A DNA stretch of 64,000 bases from Candidatus Latescibacterota bacterium (GCA_965197905.1 CBDAOB010000004.1:1888001-1952000), one strand, 5' to 3'. Shown: positions 10,648 through 20,738, counted from the first letter of the stretch. The notes: generated from the sequence alone by a model not told the origin. Made by a program: numbers and translations.

Positions 10648-11637
10648 CTAGGAAGGGACCGGGCTGTCCGGGTGGATCAGGTTTTCGGCTTTGATCTCAG
10701 CCCAAAAATCAGCCGGGATCTCTTCCTCGAGGATCTCGTAATTCTCGTTGACCCGGTCCGGCTGCCGGGTACCGGGGATAATGGTCGTGATGGCCGGATG
10801 AGCCAGGGCGAACTGGGAGGCAGCGGCTTTGAGTGACACCTTGTGGCGCGCAGCCACTTCCTCAAGACCTTTCGCTTTCTCCAGGATTTCCGGCGGTGCA
10901 TCGGAGTAGTTGTATTTTGCTCCCGGGGTCGAGCCCTTGGCCAAGATGCCGCTGTTGAAGGTGCCGCCGGCCATGATGCCGATATGCTTCTCCTCACACA
11001 AAGGCAGGAGCTGGTCGAGGGAGCTTTGGTCCAACAGGCTGTAGCGACCAGCAAGCAAAAAACAATCGAAGTCTCCCTCGCGGGCGAAGCGCGCCAGCAT
11101 CTCCCACTGGTTCATGCCGGCGCTCACCGCCTGGACGGTGCCTTCGCTCCGCAGCTTGTCCAGCGCCGGATACGCGCCTTCCATCGCTTCCTCAAAGTGT
11201 CGGTCGGGATCGTGGATATGCAGAATGTCGACCCGATCCAAACCCAGCCGCTCCAGGCTGTCCTCCAGCGATCGCATAACCCCGTCATAGCTGAAATTAA
11301 ACACCGGATCGAACGGCGGCGCGTTTTCGAAGATCGACTGTCCGGCCGGCGCGCCCTCGCTGGGCACGAGCACGCGGCCGACCTTGGTGGCCAAGTAGTA
11401 GGAGTCCCGCGGGATTCCCTTCAGCGCTTCACCGACCCGCGTCTCACTCTTTCCGGAACCGTAAAGGGGGGCCGTGTCAATCAGATTCAGCCCAAGATCC
11501 AAGGCTCGATGGACCACCGCCGTGGCCTGCTCGTCCGGGATATCTCCGAACAACCCGCCCAGGGATGCACACCCCAGACCAAGCTGGGTCACTTCGAGCC
11601 CACTGCTGCCAAGCGTCTGTCTTTGCAGGGGATTCAT
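10648..11637 (-). CDS. Aldo/keto reductase, D-threo-aldose 1-dehydrogenase-like
   Basis: LGLGCASLG, DTAPLYGSGKSE, TKVGR, IHDPD, LAGRYSLLDQ. Confidence 0.9.
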   Translation of the reverse strand: MNPLQRQTLGSSGLEVTQLGLGCASLGGLFGDIPDEQATAVVHRALDLGLNLIDTAPLYGSGKSETRVGEALKGIPRDSYYLATKVGRVLVPSEGAPAGQSIFENAPPFDPVFNFSYDGVMRSLEDSLERLGLDRVDILHIHDPDRHFEEAMEGAYPALDKLRSEGTVQAVSAGMNQWEMLARFAREGDFDCFLLAGRYSLLDQSSLDQLLPLCEEKHIGIMAGGTFNSGILAKGSTPGAKYNYSDAPPEILEKAKGLEEVAARHKVSLKAAASQFALAHPAITTIIPGTRQPDRVNENYEILEEEIPADFWAEIKAENLIHPDSPVPS

Positions 11638-11747
11638 GGGGTTCCTTTCTCAACCTTTCCGGTGTGTTTCTGGCGACGAAGCCCGCAAATATAAGCAATA
11701 TCGCGCCGATGACACCGAAAGCGACCAACATTCACTCCGCGATTCGC

Positions 11748-11776
11748 TTGACGACTTCTGGGCACGGCGTTAGATT
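11748..11776 (+). promoter_or_regulatory. Putative sigma70 promoter
   Basis: TTGACG, 17-bp spacer, TAGATT in the divergent intergenic region. Confidence 0.5.
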
Positions 11777-11805
11777 TTCGCCGCGGCACAACTGGCCAGA
11801 ACCTA

Positions 11806-13266
11806 TTGTATATAAATCAGATACAAAGAATCGAACGGCGGCTGGGCGGGCTCTTGCGAACGGTATTTTCTGCAGGTGTTCTAGTCGTTTCAGAATGCAC
11901 GGCGGAACGCGGGGAGGAGTCGGCGGCCCACCCGGAAGAACCCCTAATACGGGATTCGAGTGTTGCGGCCGCTCCGGTATGGCTGCCTTGGTCTGAAGAG
12001 CTGTTTCCGCATGCAGCCGAGCTGGGTCGCCCGGTCCTGCTCTATTTCTCCGTACCTGGATGGGATGAGATGCGGCTACGCCAACGACCATCGCTGCAAT
12101 CGATAGTGCAGCAGAGGTATGTGGCGACCCGGGTGAATCCGCTCTATCGTCCCGATGTAGCGGCCCGTTTTTCCACCGCCGGATGGCCCGCTTTCGTGCT
12201 GTTGCTGCCCGATGGACGACCCTTTGCCGCGGCCGTGGATATCCCCCACGACAACCTGGAGCTGTATCTGCTGCGCCAAGCCCGGAACTTTGCCGAGAAG
12301 CGGGGGGTCATCGAATCCAAACTGAAGCCGATAGTAGCCCCCAAGCAGGCGCAACCCGCTTCGGCCGAGCAGGTGTTTGACATCCTTGCCGCGCGGTTCG
12401 ATTCGGCTCACGGAGGGTTTGGCGCCGACGGTCCGAAATATCTCAATCCCAGGGTCCTGCGCTTTCTGGCCCGCTACGGAACCGACGAGGCGGCAGCGAT
12501 GGTCCAACCTACCCTTGAAACCATGCTCGGCTCAGCCATGCACGGTGCGGACGGAGGCATCTTCTCGTTTTCATACACCCGCGACTGGCGTACTCCCGGA
12601 GCGGAGCAGGACCTGGCAGACCAGGCGGTGCTGTTAGGGGTTATGCTTGCAGACCAGCCGGGTCCCAACCCCCGTGCGGTCGCCGCGGAGCAGCTGTTTG
12701 AGGAAATCACTGCCGCCTTCTTCGACCGGGAACGAGGGGTGTTTCACGGTCGTCGCATGCTAGACGAAAACGGCGTCTGGAGCGTCGATCCGGCGATCTA
12801 TACCGGCCGCAACGCCGTAGCAATTCGCGCCTGCGTTCTGGCATCTAGTCAGCTGGCTGACGATCGGGCGTGGGACATGGCCCAGAAAGCCGCGAAGTAC
12901 CTGTTGCAGAACAACCTTGGCGACGACGGATTATTCTACCATCATTCCGGAGTCCCCGAAGGCGCAAAGTTGGTGCTGAAGGAAGACCAGGCGCTGGCCG
13001 CACTCGCCATGCTGGATCTGGCTGGGTTGGATCCGGAGGCGCTGTGGATGGATCGAGCGTGGCGCATCTCGGTGGAGCTGAAGGAGGGCAATGGGAGGTG
13101 GTCTCCCGGCGCGGTTTCCCCCGCCGCCGTCGAGCTTCTTTGGCGACTGGACGAGCGCCACGCCGCTCGCTCGCTGATGCGCCAGGTAACCGACTGGAAC
13201 CGCTCGCTCGATGCTACCGCCGACTACGGTAGGGCGTTGTTGACCGTTGGGTTGAAACACGAATGA
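11806..13266 (+). CDS. DUF255/YyaL-like protein (thioredoxin-like domain plus helical barrel), divergent; start uncertain
   Basis: VWLPWSEELF..A...RPVLL, RPDV, GWP...LLPDGRPF, FDSAHGGFG..PK, L.EDQA. Confidence 0.7.
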   Translation: MYINQIQRIERRLGGLLRTVFSAGVLVVSECTAERGEESAAHPEEPLIRDSSVAAAPVWLPWSEELFPHAAELGRPVLLYFSVPGWDEMRLRQRPSLQSIVQQRYVATRVNPLYRPDVAARFSTAGWPAFVLLLPDGRPFAAAVDIPHDNLELYLLRQARNFAEKRGVIESKLKPIVAPKQAQPASAEQVFDILAARFDSAHGGFGADGPKYLNPRVLRFLARYGTDEAAAMVQPTLETMLGSAMHGADGGIFSFSYTRDWRTPGAEQDLADQAVLLGVMLADQPGPNPRAVAAEQLFEEITAAFFDRERGVFHGRRMLDENGVWSVDPAIYTGRNAVAIRACVLASSQLADDRAWDMAQKAAKYLLQNNLGDDGLFYHHSGVPEGAKLVLKEDQALAALAMLDLAGLDPEALWMDRAWRISVELKEGNGRWSPGAVSPAAVELLWRLDERHAARSLMRQVTDWNRSLDATADYGRALLTVGLKHE

Positions 13267-14171
13267 AGGTCCTGGTAACCGGGGCCACCGGGTTTTTGGG
13301 GCGCAGCTTGATGCGCCAAGCGCATGCTGCCGATCGCATAGGTTGCGGTCGGCACGCATCCACTGATTTCGGCCTCAACTATCTACAGATCGATCTGACC
13401 GACGGCACCTCATTGCGCCGTGCGTTCGACTCCGTGCGCCCCGATTGGGTCGTACACACAGCGGCGCTCACCGCGGTAGACCGATGCGAGACGGAACGGG
13501 GGGAAGCGCAGCGCATCAACCTCGACATCGTGTCCCACGTCCTGGATGCGTGTGCGACCGTCGGCGCCGGCATGGTTCACCTTTCGACCGACTACGTTTT
13601 CGACGGCCGAAACGGTCCGTACGACGAGTCTGATCCGACAAACCCGTTGTCGTATTACGGCCAAATCAAGCTTGAAAGCGAACGCCTCGTCATGAACGCC
13701 GGCGTGCCTGGTATCGTGTTGCGAACACTATGGCTCTACGGGTATATTCCGCACACCCGGCCGAACCTGGTCACCTGGCCGTTGGTGTCACTACAGCAGG
13801 GCCAGGCGCTGAAGATCGTGGACGACCAGTGGGGAAACCCCACGTTGGTCGATGACCTGGCGATGGCCATTCTCGACCTGTGTTGCCAGGATCAGCGCGG
13901 CATCTTCCACATGGGTGGCGACACCTACCTGACCCGGTTCGAGCTGGTGGTCGAGCTGGCGCGATACTTCGGGTTCCGAGAGGAGCTGGTGCAGCCGATC
14001 TCGACAGACGATGCAGGCCAACGGGCACGGCGGCCGCTGAAATCAGGTTTGAAAACCGAACGTCTGGCCGCTGTGCTCGGGCGGTCACCCCTCGGTTTTC
14101 TCGAAGGCGTCGAGCGGCTTGCACGCCATAGCGCGTTCAAACGGGACTTCCCCAATTTGCGGAGCCATTGA
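13263..14171 (+). CDS. rfbD: dTDP-4-dehydrorhamnose reductase
   Basis: TGATGFLG, TAVDRCE, STDYVFDG, YGQIK, DDQWGNPT. Confidence 0.9.
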   Translation: MKVLVTGATGFLGRSLMRQAHAADRIGCGRHASTDFGLNYLQIDLTDGTSLRRAFDSVRPDWVVHTAALTAVDRCETERGEAQRINLDIVSHVLDACATVGAGMVHLSTDYVFDGRNGPYDESDPTNPLSYYGQIKLESERLVMNAGVPGIVLRTLWLYGYIPHTRPNLVTWPLVSLQQGQALKIVDDQWGNPTLVDDLAMAILDLCCQDQRGIFHMGGDTYLTRFELVVELARYFGFREELVQPISTDDAGQRARRPLKSGLKTERLAAVLGRSPLGFLEGVERLARHSAFKRDFPNLRSH

Positions 14172-14866
14172 CTATTCGCGTCTCGCTGATCACACCGACC
14201 TACAATGAGAAGGAGAACGTCGAGCCTCTGGCCGCCGAAATATTCGAGACCCTTGCGGACCATCCCCACATCGACCTGGAGCTCATCATCGTCGACGACA
14301 ACTCGCCCGACGGCACCGGGCAAGTGGCGGAAGCGATGAAGGGCCAGTATCCGGTTCAGGTCATACACCGACCCGGAAAGCTCGGCTTGGGATCGGCGGT
14401 AATGGAGGGATTCGCGCGCTCGGAGCGGCCCTATCTGGGTGTCATCGACGCCGACTTGAGCCACGATCCGGTGATTTTGCCCCAGTTGATCAACGGCCTC
14501 AAAGAGTACGATATAACCATAGGCAGCCGCTTTGGCGTTTCCAGCCACGTTGAAGACTGGGCACTGCATCGCAAGCTTATCTCCGTGATCGGCGTCGGCT
14601 GTGCGCGGCTGATTACGGGGGTCGAGGATCCTCTGTCGGGGTATTTCTTTTTACAACGTTCCGTACTTGATTCGGTCAACCTTACCTCTTCCGGCTACAA
14701 AATTCTTTTGGAGATTTTGGTCAAAGGCTGCTACCGGACACATCATTCCATCCCGTTTATTTTTCGCAATCGCCAGTTCAGCCGCAGCAAGCTCAACATG
14801 CGAGAGCATCTCCTGTTCTCGAAGCAGATTCTGTATTTCTCTCTCCGCAGGTTGTTCAAGCGCTAG
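14168..14866 (+). CDS. Polyprenol monophosphomannose synthase-like GT2
   Basis: PTYNEKEN, VDDNSPDGT, KLGLGSA, DADLSHDP, DPLSGYF. Confidence 0.88.
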   Translation: MTIRVSLITPTYNEKENVEPLAAEIFETLADHPHIDLELIIVDDNSPDGTGQVAEAMKGQYPVQVIHRPGKLGLGSAVMEGFARSERPYLGVIDADLSHDPVILPQLINGLKEYDITIGSRFGVSSHVEDWALHRKLISVIGVGCARLITGVEDPLSGYFFLQRSVLDSVNLTSSGYKILLEILVKGCYRTHHSIPFIFRNRQFSRSKLNMREHLLFSKQILYFSLRRLFKR

Positions 14867-14875
14867 TCCGGTGGC

Positions 14876-16543
14876 ATGGACCTCAGCGTCATCATTCTGA
14901 GTTACAACACCAAGGATCTGCTCGAGCAGGCTTTGCACACGGTTGCGGAAGCGGCAGCCGGCATGGCGGCGGAGGTGTTTGTCGTGGACAATGCTTCTCG
15001 CGACGGCAGCGCGGATATGGTGGCCCAGAATTTTCCCAAGGTTAGGCTGATACGGAACCAGAAAAATCTTGGATTCGCTGCCGGCAACAACGTGGCGCTG
15101 CGACGGGTGGTAGGACGTTACATCCTGTTGCTAAACTCCGATACCATCGTACGCCAGGATACGCTGCGGTGCCTGGTGTCGTTCCTGGAGGGGCATCCGG
15201 AAGCTGGCGCCGCCGGTTGCAAGATCTTGAATCCTGACGGCTCGTTGCAGCTGTCCTGCAGGCGCGGCTTCCCCACCCCCACAGCGGCGCTATCCAAGCT
15301 TTTCGGGTTGAGCTGGATCTTTCCCAACAGCGCGATATTCGCCCGCTACAATCTGACCTATCTCGATCCGGACGACACCAACGAGGTCGATGCGTTGTCC
15401 GGTTCCTGCATGATGGTTCGCAAGGAGGCGATGGACCAGGCAGGTTTGCTGGACGAGGATTATTTCTTCTTCGGGGAGGATCTCGACTGGTGCTTCTGTA
15501 TTCGCGAAGCGGGGTGGAAGATCTTCTACGTTCCGGAAACCGAGATCATTCACTTCAAAGGGGAAAGCAGTCGCGAAGAGGAGATGCGTGTCCTGTACCG
15601 TTTCTACGAGGCCATGTCGATCTTCGCCAAGAAACACATGCAGCGACGTTATAGATTTTTCCCCATGTGGCTGCTGCACGTCGGCATCGTGCTCCACGGT
15701 ATGTTCTCGTTTGGCGCGCGGGTTGGACGGCGACTGGCGCTTCCGCTCATCGACGGCGCGCTGGTACTGGCAGGCATCAAATTCGGGCTCGCCTTGCGTT
15801 ACCATTCGTCAACAACGCCGCTGATCCATGCCGTCGAACGGGCGGCTACCCATTTGGGATTGGACGCAAACCCCACGCGTTGGTTGACGCCCCCTGCCTA
15901 CACCGACCTGCAGTGGTTTTTCGTATACGCCGTGTCCACCGCCATATGGCTGGTCGCGTTCCAACTGCTGGGCCTATACGATCGTCGCAAATTATCCGCG
16001 TTGTGGGCGACGATAGCGGTGGCTTTCGGATTTGCTGGGATCGTCACCACCGTGTTTTTCTTCAAAGCGTACAACTTCTCGCGTCTGGCCGCGGGCACGG
16101 CCTGGTTCTTCAATACCATCTTTATTGCCGGCTGGCGTCTGGTTGCTGCGCGCCTTGCAGCCAGGGCCGGCAGCCTGGGCCGGCAGCGCATCCTTGTGGT
16201 TGGTCCTGAACCGTCGGCGCGGGATTTTCTGGAGCAACTTGCGACCGGGGGTGAGCGCGACTACGACGTGGTAGGTGTGGTGGGCGAGGTGCCCGAATCT
16301 CGCGGCCGGGTGGTGGCGGGGAAACCCACGATCGGGTTGGTGCAAGACCTCCAGCGACTGGTGAGGGAGTACAACATCGCCGGTTTGGTGTTCTTGCCCG
16401 GGGCGACCCCGTCGCTGCAGGAGATGGGGAAGCGATGGGGTCGCAAACACCTCCGCATCTATATGATCGTCGGCGACATCGGCACGGGTGGTTCTCCGGC
16501 GCCGACAGAGCTTCCTTTGATCGAGATCCTGCCCAAGCGCTGA
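14876..16543 (+). CDS. GT2 glycosyltransferase fused to TM helices and a C-terminal Rossmann-like (CoA_binding_3-type) domain
   Basis: VVDNASRDGS, LLNSDT, FFGEDLDWC; then a TM bundle and RILVVG...YDVVGVV...LQRLVREYNI. Confidence 0.8.
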   Translation: MDLSVIILSYNTKDLLEQALHTVAEAAAGMAAEVFVVDNASRDGSADMVAQNFPKVRLIRNQKNLGFAAGNNVALRRVVGRYILLLNSDTIVRQDTLRCLVSFLEGHPEAGAAGCKILNPDGSLQLSCRRGFPTPTAALSKLFGLSWIFPNSAIFARYNLTYLDPDDTNEVDALSGSCMMVRKEAMDQAGLLDEDYFFFGEDLDWCFCIREAGWKIFYVPETEIIHFKGESSREEEMRVLYRFYEAMSIFAKKHMQRRYRFFPMWLLHVGIVLHGMFSFGARVGRRLALPLIDGALVLAGIKFGLALRYHSSTTPLIHAVERAATHLGLDANPTRWLTPPAYTDLQWFFVYAVSTAIWLVAFQLLGLYDRRKLSALWATIAVAFGFAGIVTTVFFFKAYNFSRLAAGTAWFFNTIFIAGWRLVAARLAARAGSLGRQRILVVGPEPSARDFLEQLATGGERDYDVVGVVGEVPESRGRVVAGKPTIGLVQDLQRLVREYNIAGLVFLPGATPSLQEMGKRWGRKHLRIYMIVGDIGTGGSPAPTELPLIEILPKR

Positions 16544-16550
16544 TTCCAAT

Positions 16551-18362
16551 TTGAGCGCTTCATCAACCGCGACGTCGACTCCAACGGCAAAGGCTCTGCT
16601 TTGTAGTTTCATCGGCGCGCTCCTGTTGGCGTTGAGCCTGACTGCTCCAACAGAGGCGCGTCAGCGACTGACCACCAAATCGGCGTTAAGACTGGTGGCG
16701 GAGATCCACGATAGAATCCATCGGTACTACGTGGAGGAGGTGGACAGCACCCTCATTGTCGAGGGTGCTGTGCGGGGATTGAGTCGAAGATTGGCGGCGC
16801 TCGGCGCGGATGCTGCTGAGACGGTGGGGCAACCCCTGATGTCGATGGCGCCGGCGTGGAAGCGCGGGGAGATCGCGGCCGACGACCTTCCTAAGAGCGG
16901 CCGCACCGCGTTGAAAGAGTTTGAACGCACCTTCCGTCAGGCCCGGTTGAACTACATGTCCCAGCTCCCGGTAGATTCATTGGCGCGCAGCGCCATCGAT
17001 GGCATGCTGTCCACCCTCGATCCCCACTCCACCTATCTAGAACCGATGGAGAACGAATCGATGCAGGAGCGATTCCGCGGCGACTTCGAAGGCATAGGGA
17101 TCTATTTCGAGTTTCGGCAGGGCCGGCTCCTAGTCATTTCGCCCATCGTCGGCTCTCCCTCCTACGGCAAGCTGCGGGCGGGCGACGAAATCGCCCGGAT
17201 TGAAAATCGCTCCACCGAGGGTATTACCGCCGACCAGGTCATGGAACGGTTGCGCGGACCCAAAGGCTCACGAGTGCGCGTCACAGTGCAGCGACCGGGG
17301 CTTGAAGAGCTGTTGCACTTGACCATTCAGCGAGACCGGATTCAGCTGAGCAGCGTGCCTTACGTATTCACGCTGGGCGCCGGGGTTGGCTACATTCGTA
17401 TCATCCAATTCACCGAGTCCACCGGGTCCGAAGTAGAGTCCGCCCTCGAACTGCTCAGAAATGACAGCATGAAAGCCCTGATCCTGGACCTTAGGGGCAA
17501 CGGCGGGGGTCTGTTGTCACAAGCGGTGGAGGTGGCCGCTTATTTTGTCGATTACGGCGATCTCATCGTCTACACCATGGGTAGGGACGCGCACTCTCGT
17601 CGCGACTATCGCGCCCGTCGCCCGCGCGCCGGAAAGCCGCTGCCGCTGGTGGTCCTGATCGACGAAGGCAGCGCCAGCGCCGCAGAGATTCTCGCCGGTG
17701 CGATCCAGGACCTGGATCTCGGCTTGGTGGCCGGTCAGACCAGTTTTGGTAAGGGTTTGGTGCAGGAGCAATTTCCTCTCAGCGGCAACGGCGGCCTCCT
17801 GCTGTTGACCGTCGCCCGTTATTATTCGCCGCTTGGCCGGCTTATTCAACGTCCATTTTCCGCCGATTTCGAGGCGTACTATCGGAGCAGCGGAGCAGCA
17901 AATACGGGTGCCATACGCACGGAATTCCGCACTGAGCTTGGACGTGCGGTGTTCGGGGGGGGTGGAATCACCCCCGACGTCCTGCTTTCCGATACGCCTT
18001 TCACCGACCTCGAACAGGCGATATTGCGCTCTGGCGCCCTGTTCGATTTCGGCAGCCAGTGGGTTTCGGGGCAGGACGACTGGCCGCCGCGTTTCGACCG
18101 CTATCTGGCATCTTACGACGTGTCGGAGGAGGCGCTTGCCGGATTGCTGGAACTCCTGGAGCAGCGCGAGTTGAACCTGACCGACCAGGAGAGAGAGCGG
18201 GTCGAACCCTGGCTTAAGCAGCAGATGAGAAGCGAGTTCGCGCGGGTCCTTTGGGGAGACGAGGAGCACTATCGGATCAGCGTCGAAAGCGACCGACAAA
18301 TACTGCAGTCGCTGGATCTCGTCGTCGCCGCCGAACGCCTGGCTCAACGACGTTGGCAGTAG
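16551..18362 (+). CDS. S41-family carboxyl-terminal processing protease (PDZ + catalytic domain)
   Basis: LDPHSTY, FEGIGI, LDLRGNGGGLL, SASAAEI (catalytic Ser), FGKG (Lys); signal-peptide-like N-terminus. Confidence 0.92.
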   Translation: MSASSTATSTPTAKALLCSFIGALLLALSLTAPTEARQRLTTKSALRLVAEIHDRIHRYYVEEVDSTLIVEGAVRGLSRRLAALGADAAETVGQPLMSMAPAWKRGEIAADDLPKSGRTALKEFERTFRQARLNYMSQLPVDSLARSAIDGMLSTLDPHSTYLEPMENESMQERFRGDFEGIGIYFEFRQGRLLVISPIVGSPSYGKLRAGDEIARIENRSTEGITADQVMERLRGPKGSRVRVTVQRPGLEELLHLTIQRDRIQLSSVPYVFTLGAGVGYIRIIQFTESTGSEVESALELLRNDSMKALILDLRGNGGGLLSQAVEVAAYFVDYGDLIVYTMGRDAHSRRDYRARRPRAGKPLPLVVLIDEGSASAAEILAGAIQDLDLGLVAGQTSFGKGLVQEQFPLSGNGGLLLLTVARYYSPLGRLIQRPFSADFEAYYRSSGAANTGAIRTEFRTELGRAVFGGGGITPDVLLSDTPFTDLEQAILRSGALFDFGSQWVSGQDDWPPRFDRYLASYDVSEEALAGLLELLEQRELNLTDQERERVEPWLKQQMRSEFARVLWGDEEHYRISVESDRQILQSLDLVVAAERLAQRRWQ

Positions 18363-18373
18363 CTCGGGCGGTA

Positions 18374-18402
18374 GTGACATTGCAACAATATTGTATTACA
18401 TT
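18374..18402 (+). promoter_or_regulatory. Putative sigma70 promoter with a palindrome in the spacer
   Basis: GTGACA, 17-bp spacer, TACATT; ACAATATTGT palindrome at 18385-18394. Confidence 0.4.
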
Positions 18403-18438
18403 CGGACCTCTTCTACGCAACTATCCGGAGGTCGTTTC

Positions 18439-19128
18439 ATGTCCCAGCAGTCGCAGGTCGCAGGTGGAAGAGAGATCGTACTGCCGCTGAGCAAGGCAGT
18501 GGAGATCAGCCTGCGGAGCCTGAAGATTCGTTTCGGTCGATCTCTGATCACCACCAGTGGCGTTATCCTCGCTATCGCGTTTTTGATGTCGGTTCAAAGC
18601 AACAATCAGATCGTCGATTCGCTGCGCGCCGTTGGGAACAGCGAAATCGATCTTCGGCTGCAGCAAAACGGCGTCGAAACCGGTGCCGGTGGGGGAGAAA
18701 TCTCCGAGCGCATGCAGGAAGAGAAATCCAAACAGCTGTGGCTCATCACCCTATCGTTGCTGGTCTGCGTGGTGGGAATAGCCAACGCGATGCTGATGGC
18801 GGTTACTGAGCGCTTTCGCGAGATCGGAACGATGAAGTGTTTGGGTGCCTTGGACTCATTTATCGTGAAGCTGTTCTTGCTGGAGTCCACCTTCCAAGGT
18901 ATAGCTGGAACCACGGTCGGGATACTGATTGGTTCGGGACTGACCCTGTTGTTGGCGTTGATGGACTACGGTCAGTTTGTCATCACCTATTTCCCGAGTG
19001 CTGGCATCTTGAAGGCGGCACTTATCGCCCTGGTCGCGGGCACGGTACTATCTCTGATCGGAGCCATGCTGCCCGCCTACAGAGCCGCCAAAATGGAACC
19101 TGTAGAAGCGATGCGCAGCGACAACTAG
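18439..19128 (+). CDS. FtsX/MacB-like ABC transporter permease (short)
   Basis: GIANAMLMAVTERFREIGTMKCLGA, PAYRAAKMEPVEAMR; ATG at 18439 after GGAGG. Confidence 0.9.
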   Translation: MSQQSQVAGGREIVLPLSKAVEISLRSLKIRFGRSLITTSGVILAIAFLMSVQSNNQIVDSLRAVGNSEIDLRLQQNGVETGAGGGEISERMQEEKSKQLWLITLSLLVCVVGIANAMLMAVTERFREIGTMKCLGALDSFIVKLFLLESTFQGIAGTTVGILIGSGLTLLLALMDYGQFVITYFPSAGILKAALIALVAGTVLSLIGAMLPAYRAAKMEPVEAMRSDN

Positions 19129-19160
19129 CGTTAGCTACTCGGCGACCAGGAGTTCAACGG

Positions 19161-19922
19161 ATGAGCGAAACAGAAAACCAGCAGGCAGACGCCCAGAAAC
19201 GCACCGTCGTCCGCACCCAGGAGGTCAAGAAGGTCTACAACATGGGCCAGATCCAGGTCCATGCCCTGCGCGGGGTCAACCTCGAGGTGTACGCCGGCGA
19301 ATATATGTCGATTATGGGTCCGTCAGGATCGGGCAAGAGCACCCTCTTCAACATGGTGGGGGGACTGGACAAGCCGAGCGAAGGCAAGGTGTATATCGAC
19401 GAGGTGGACGTTGCCCAACTGGACGCCTACGAGCTGGCCTGGCTCAGGTGTCGAAAGATCGGCTACATCTTTCAGTCATTTAATCTGATTCCGGTCATGA
19501 CCGCGCTGGAAAACGTCACCTTGCCCATGGTATTTGCCGGTCTCGGCGGCGATGAGGCGCGGGACAAGGGTCTGAGTCTATTGGACAAGGTGGGTCTGGG
19601 AGATCGCCGCTCCCACAAGCCGAACGAACTCTCCGGCGGGCAGCAACAGCGCGTCGCAGTGGCCCGCGCGCTGGCCAACGACCCGGCTGTGGTGCTGGCT
19701 GACGAGCCGACTGGAAACCTCGATCTGCGCACCGGAACAGAGATCATCGAACTGCTGCGGGAGATGAATGCCGACTCGGGTGTCACCGTCATCTCCGCAA
19801 CCCACGACCACAAGATGTTAAGCGTGTCCGACCGGGTCGTCTGGGTTTCAGACGGCGCCGTAGACCACGTCGCCAACCGCGAAGACCTAGAGATCGAGAT
19901 TACTCAAGTCGAGGGTGAGTAG
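19161..19922 (+). CDS. ABC transporter ATP-binding protein (LolD/MacB type)
   Basis: GPSGSGKST, LSGGQQQRVAVARAL, LADEPTGNLD; ATG at 19161 after AGGAG. Confidence 0.93.
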   Translation: MSETENQQADAQKRTVVRTQEVKKVYNMGQIQVHALRGVNLEVYAGEYMSIMGPSGSGKSTLFNMVGGLDKPSEGKVYIDEVDVAQLDAYELAWLRCRKIGYIFQSFNLIPVMTALENVTLPMVFAGLGGDEARDKGLSLLDKVGLGDRRSHKPNELSGGQQQRVAVARALANDPAVVLADEPTGNLDLRTGTEIIELLREMNADSGVTVISATHDHKMLSVSDRVVWVSDGAVDHVANREDLEIEITQVEGE

Positions 19923-20718
19923 CCCCTCCTTGTGGACGCTGCCTGAATACCCGGCAGAATTCTGGCCATGTGCGGTTGTGGCGGTTGTTATGGTCGGGAT
20001 CGCCAAGGCGGGGTTCGGTGGCGGGGTGGGTATCGTGGCAACGCCTTTGATCGCGCTGGCTGTAACAGTGACCGACGCTGCGGCGCTCATGCTTCCATTG
20101 TTGATGGCATGCGATCTGTTTGCCGTGCGACATTATCGCGACAGCTTCGATCGCCGCAGCATCAAGTTGCTTCTTCCCGGTGCCTTTATCGGCGTGGGAG
20201 TCGGAGCATTTTTTTTTGGGTACTTCGCGCACAATCCCCGGGTCCTGGAGGTGGGGCTTGGTTACCTGGCGCTCCTCTTCGTCCTCTTTCACGCCACCCG
20301 GTCGCTCCTTTTCGCCGCCCTTGAGAAACATCGGCCCGCCGCGTTGGAAGGCATCCTGATGGGGGCGATTTCAGGTTTCACCTCCACCCTCGCCCATGCA
20401 GGTGGTCCACCGGCAACCATGTATCTCTTGCCGCAGAAGTTTTCCCGGCATCTGTTCGTCGGTACAACGGTGATCTTTTTTGCCGCTCTCAACATCATTA
20501 AGCTGGTGCCCTACATAGCCCTCGGCTTTATGAGACCGGGGATTCTGCTCACCACCTTGGTTCTTTCCCCTTTGAGTTACATCGGCGTCAAGCTGGGGAT
20601 CTACTTGAACGGTCGTTTCAGCGAGCTCTGGTTTAACAGATTGGTCTACGGGCTCTTGCTACTAACTGGCTTGCAGCTGGTATTAGATACATCCCTGCTG
20701 AGCACGATCCTCCCTTGA
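19915..20718 (+). CDS. Sulfite exporter TauE/SafE-family membrane protein
   Basis: GIAKAGFGGG, GFTSTLAHAGGPP, KLVPY; multi-TM. Confidence 0.87.
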   Translation: MSSPSLWTLPEYPAEFWPCAVVAVVMVGIAKAGFGGGVGIVATPLIALAVTVTDAAALMLPLLMACDLFAVRHYRDSFDRRSIKLLLPGAFIGVGVGAFFFGYFAHNPRVLEVGLGYLALLFVLFHATRSLLFAALEKHRPAALEGILMGAISGFTSTLAHAGGPPATMYLLPQKFSRHLFVGTTVIFFAALNIIKLVPYIALGFMRPGILLTTLVLSPLSYIGVKLGIYLNGRFSELWFNRLVYGLLLLTGLQLVLDTSLLSTILP

Positions 20719-20738
20719 ATGCTTGAGGGCAACCCAAC

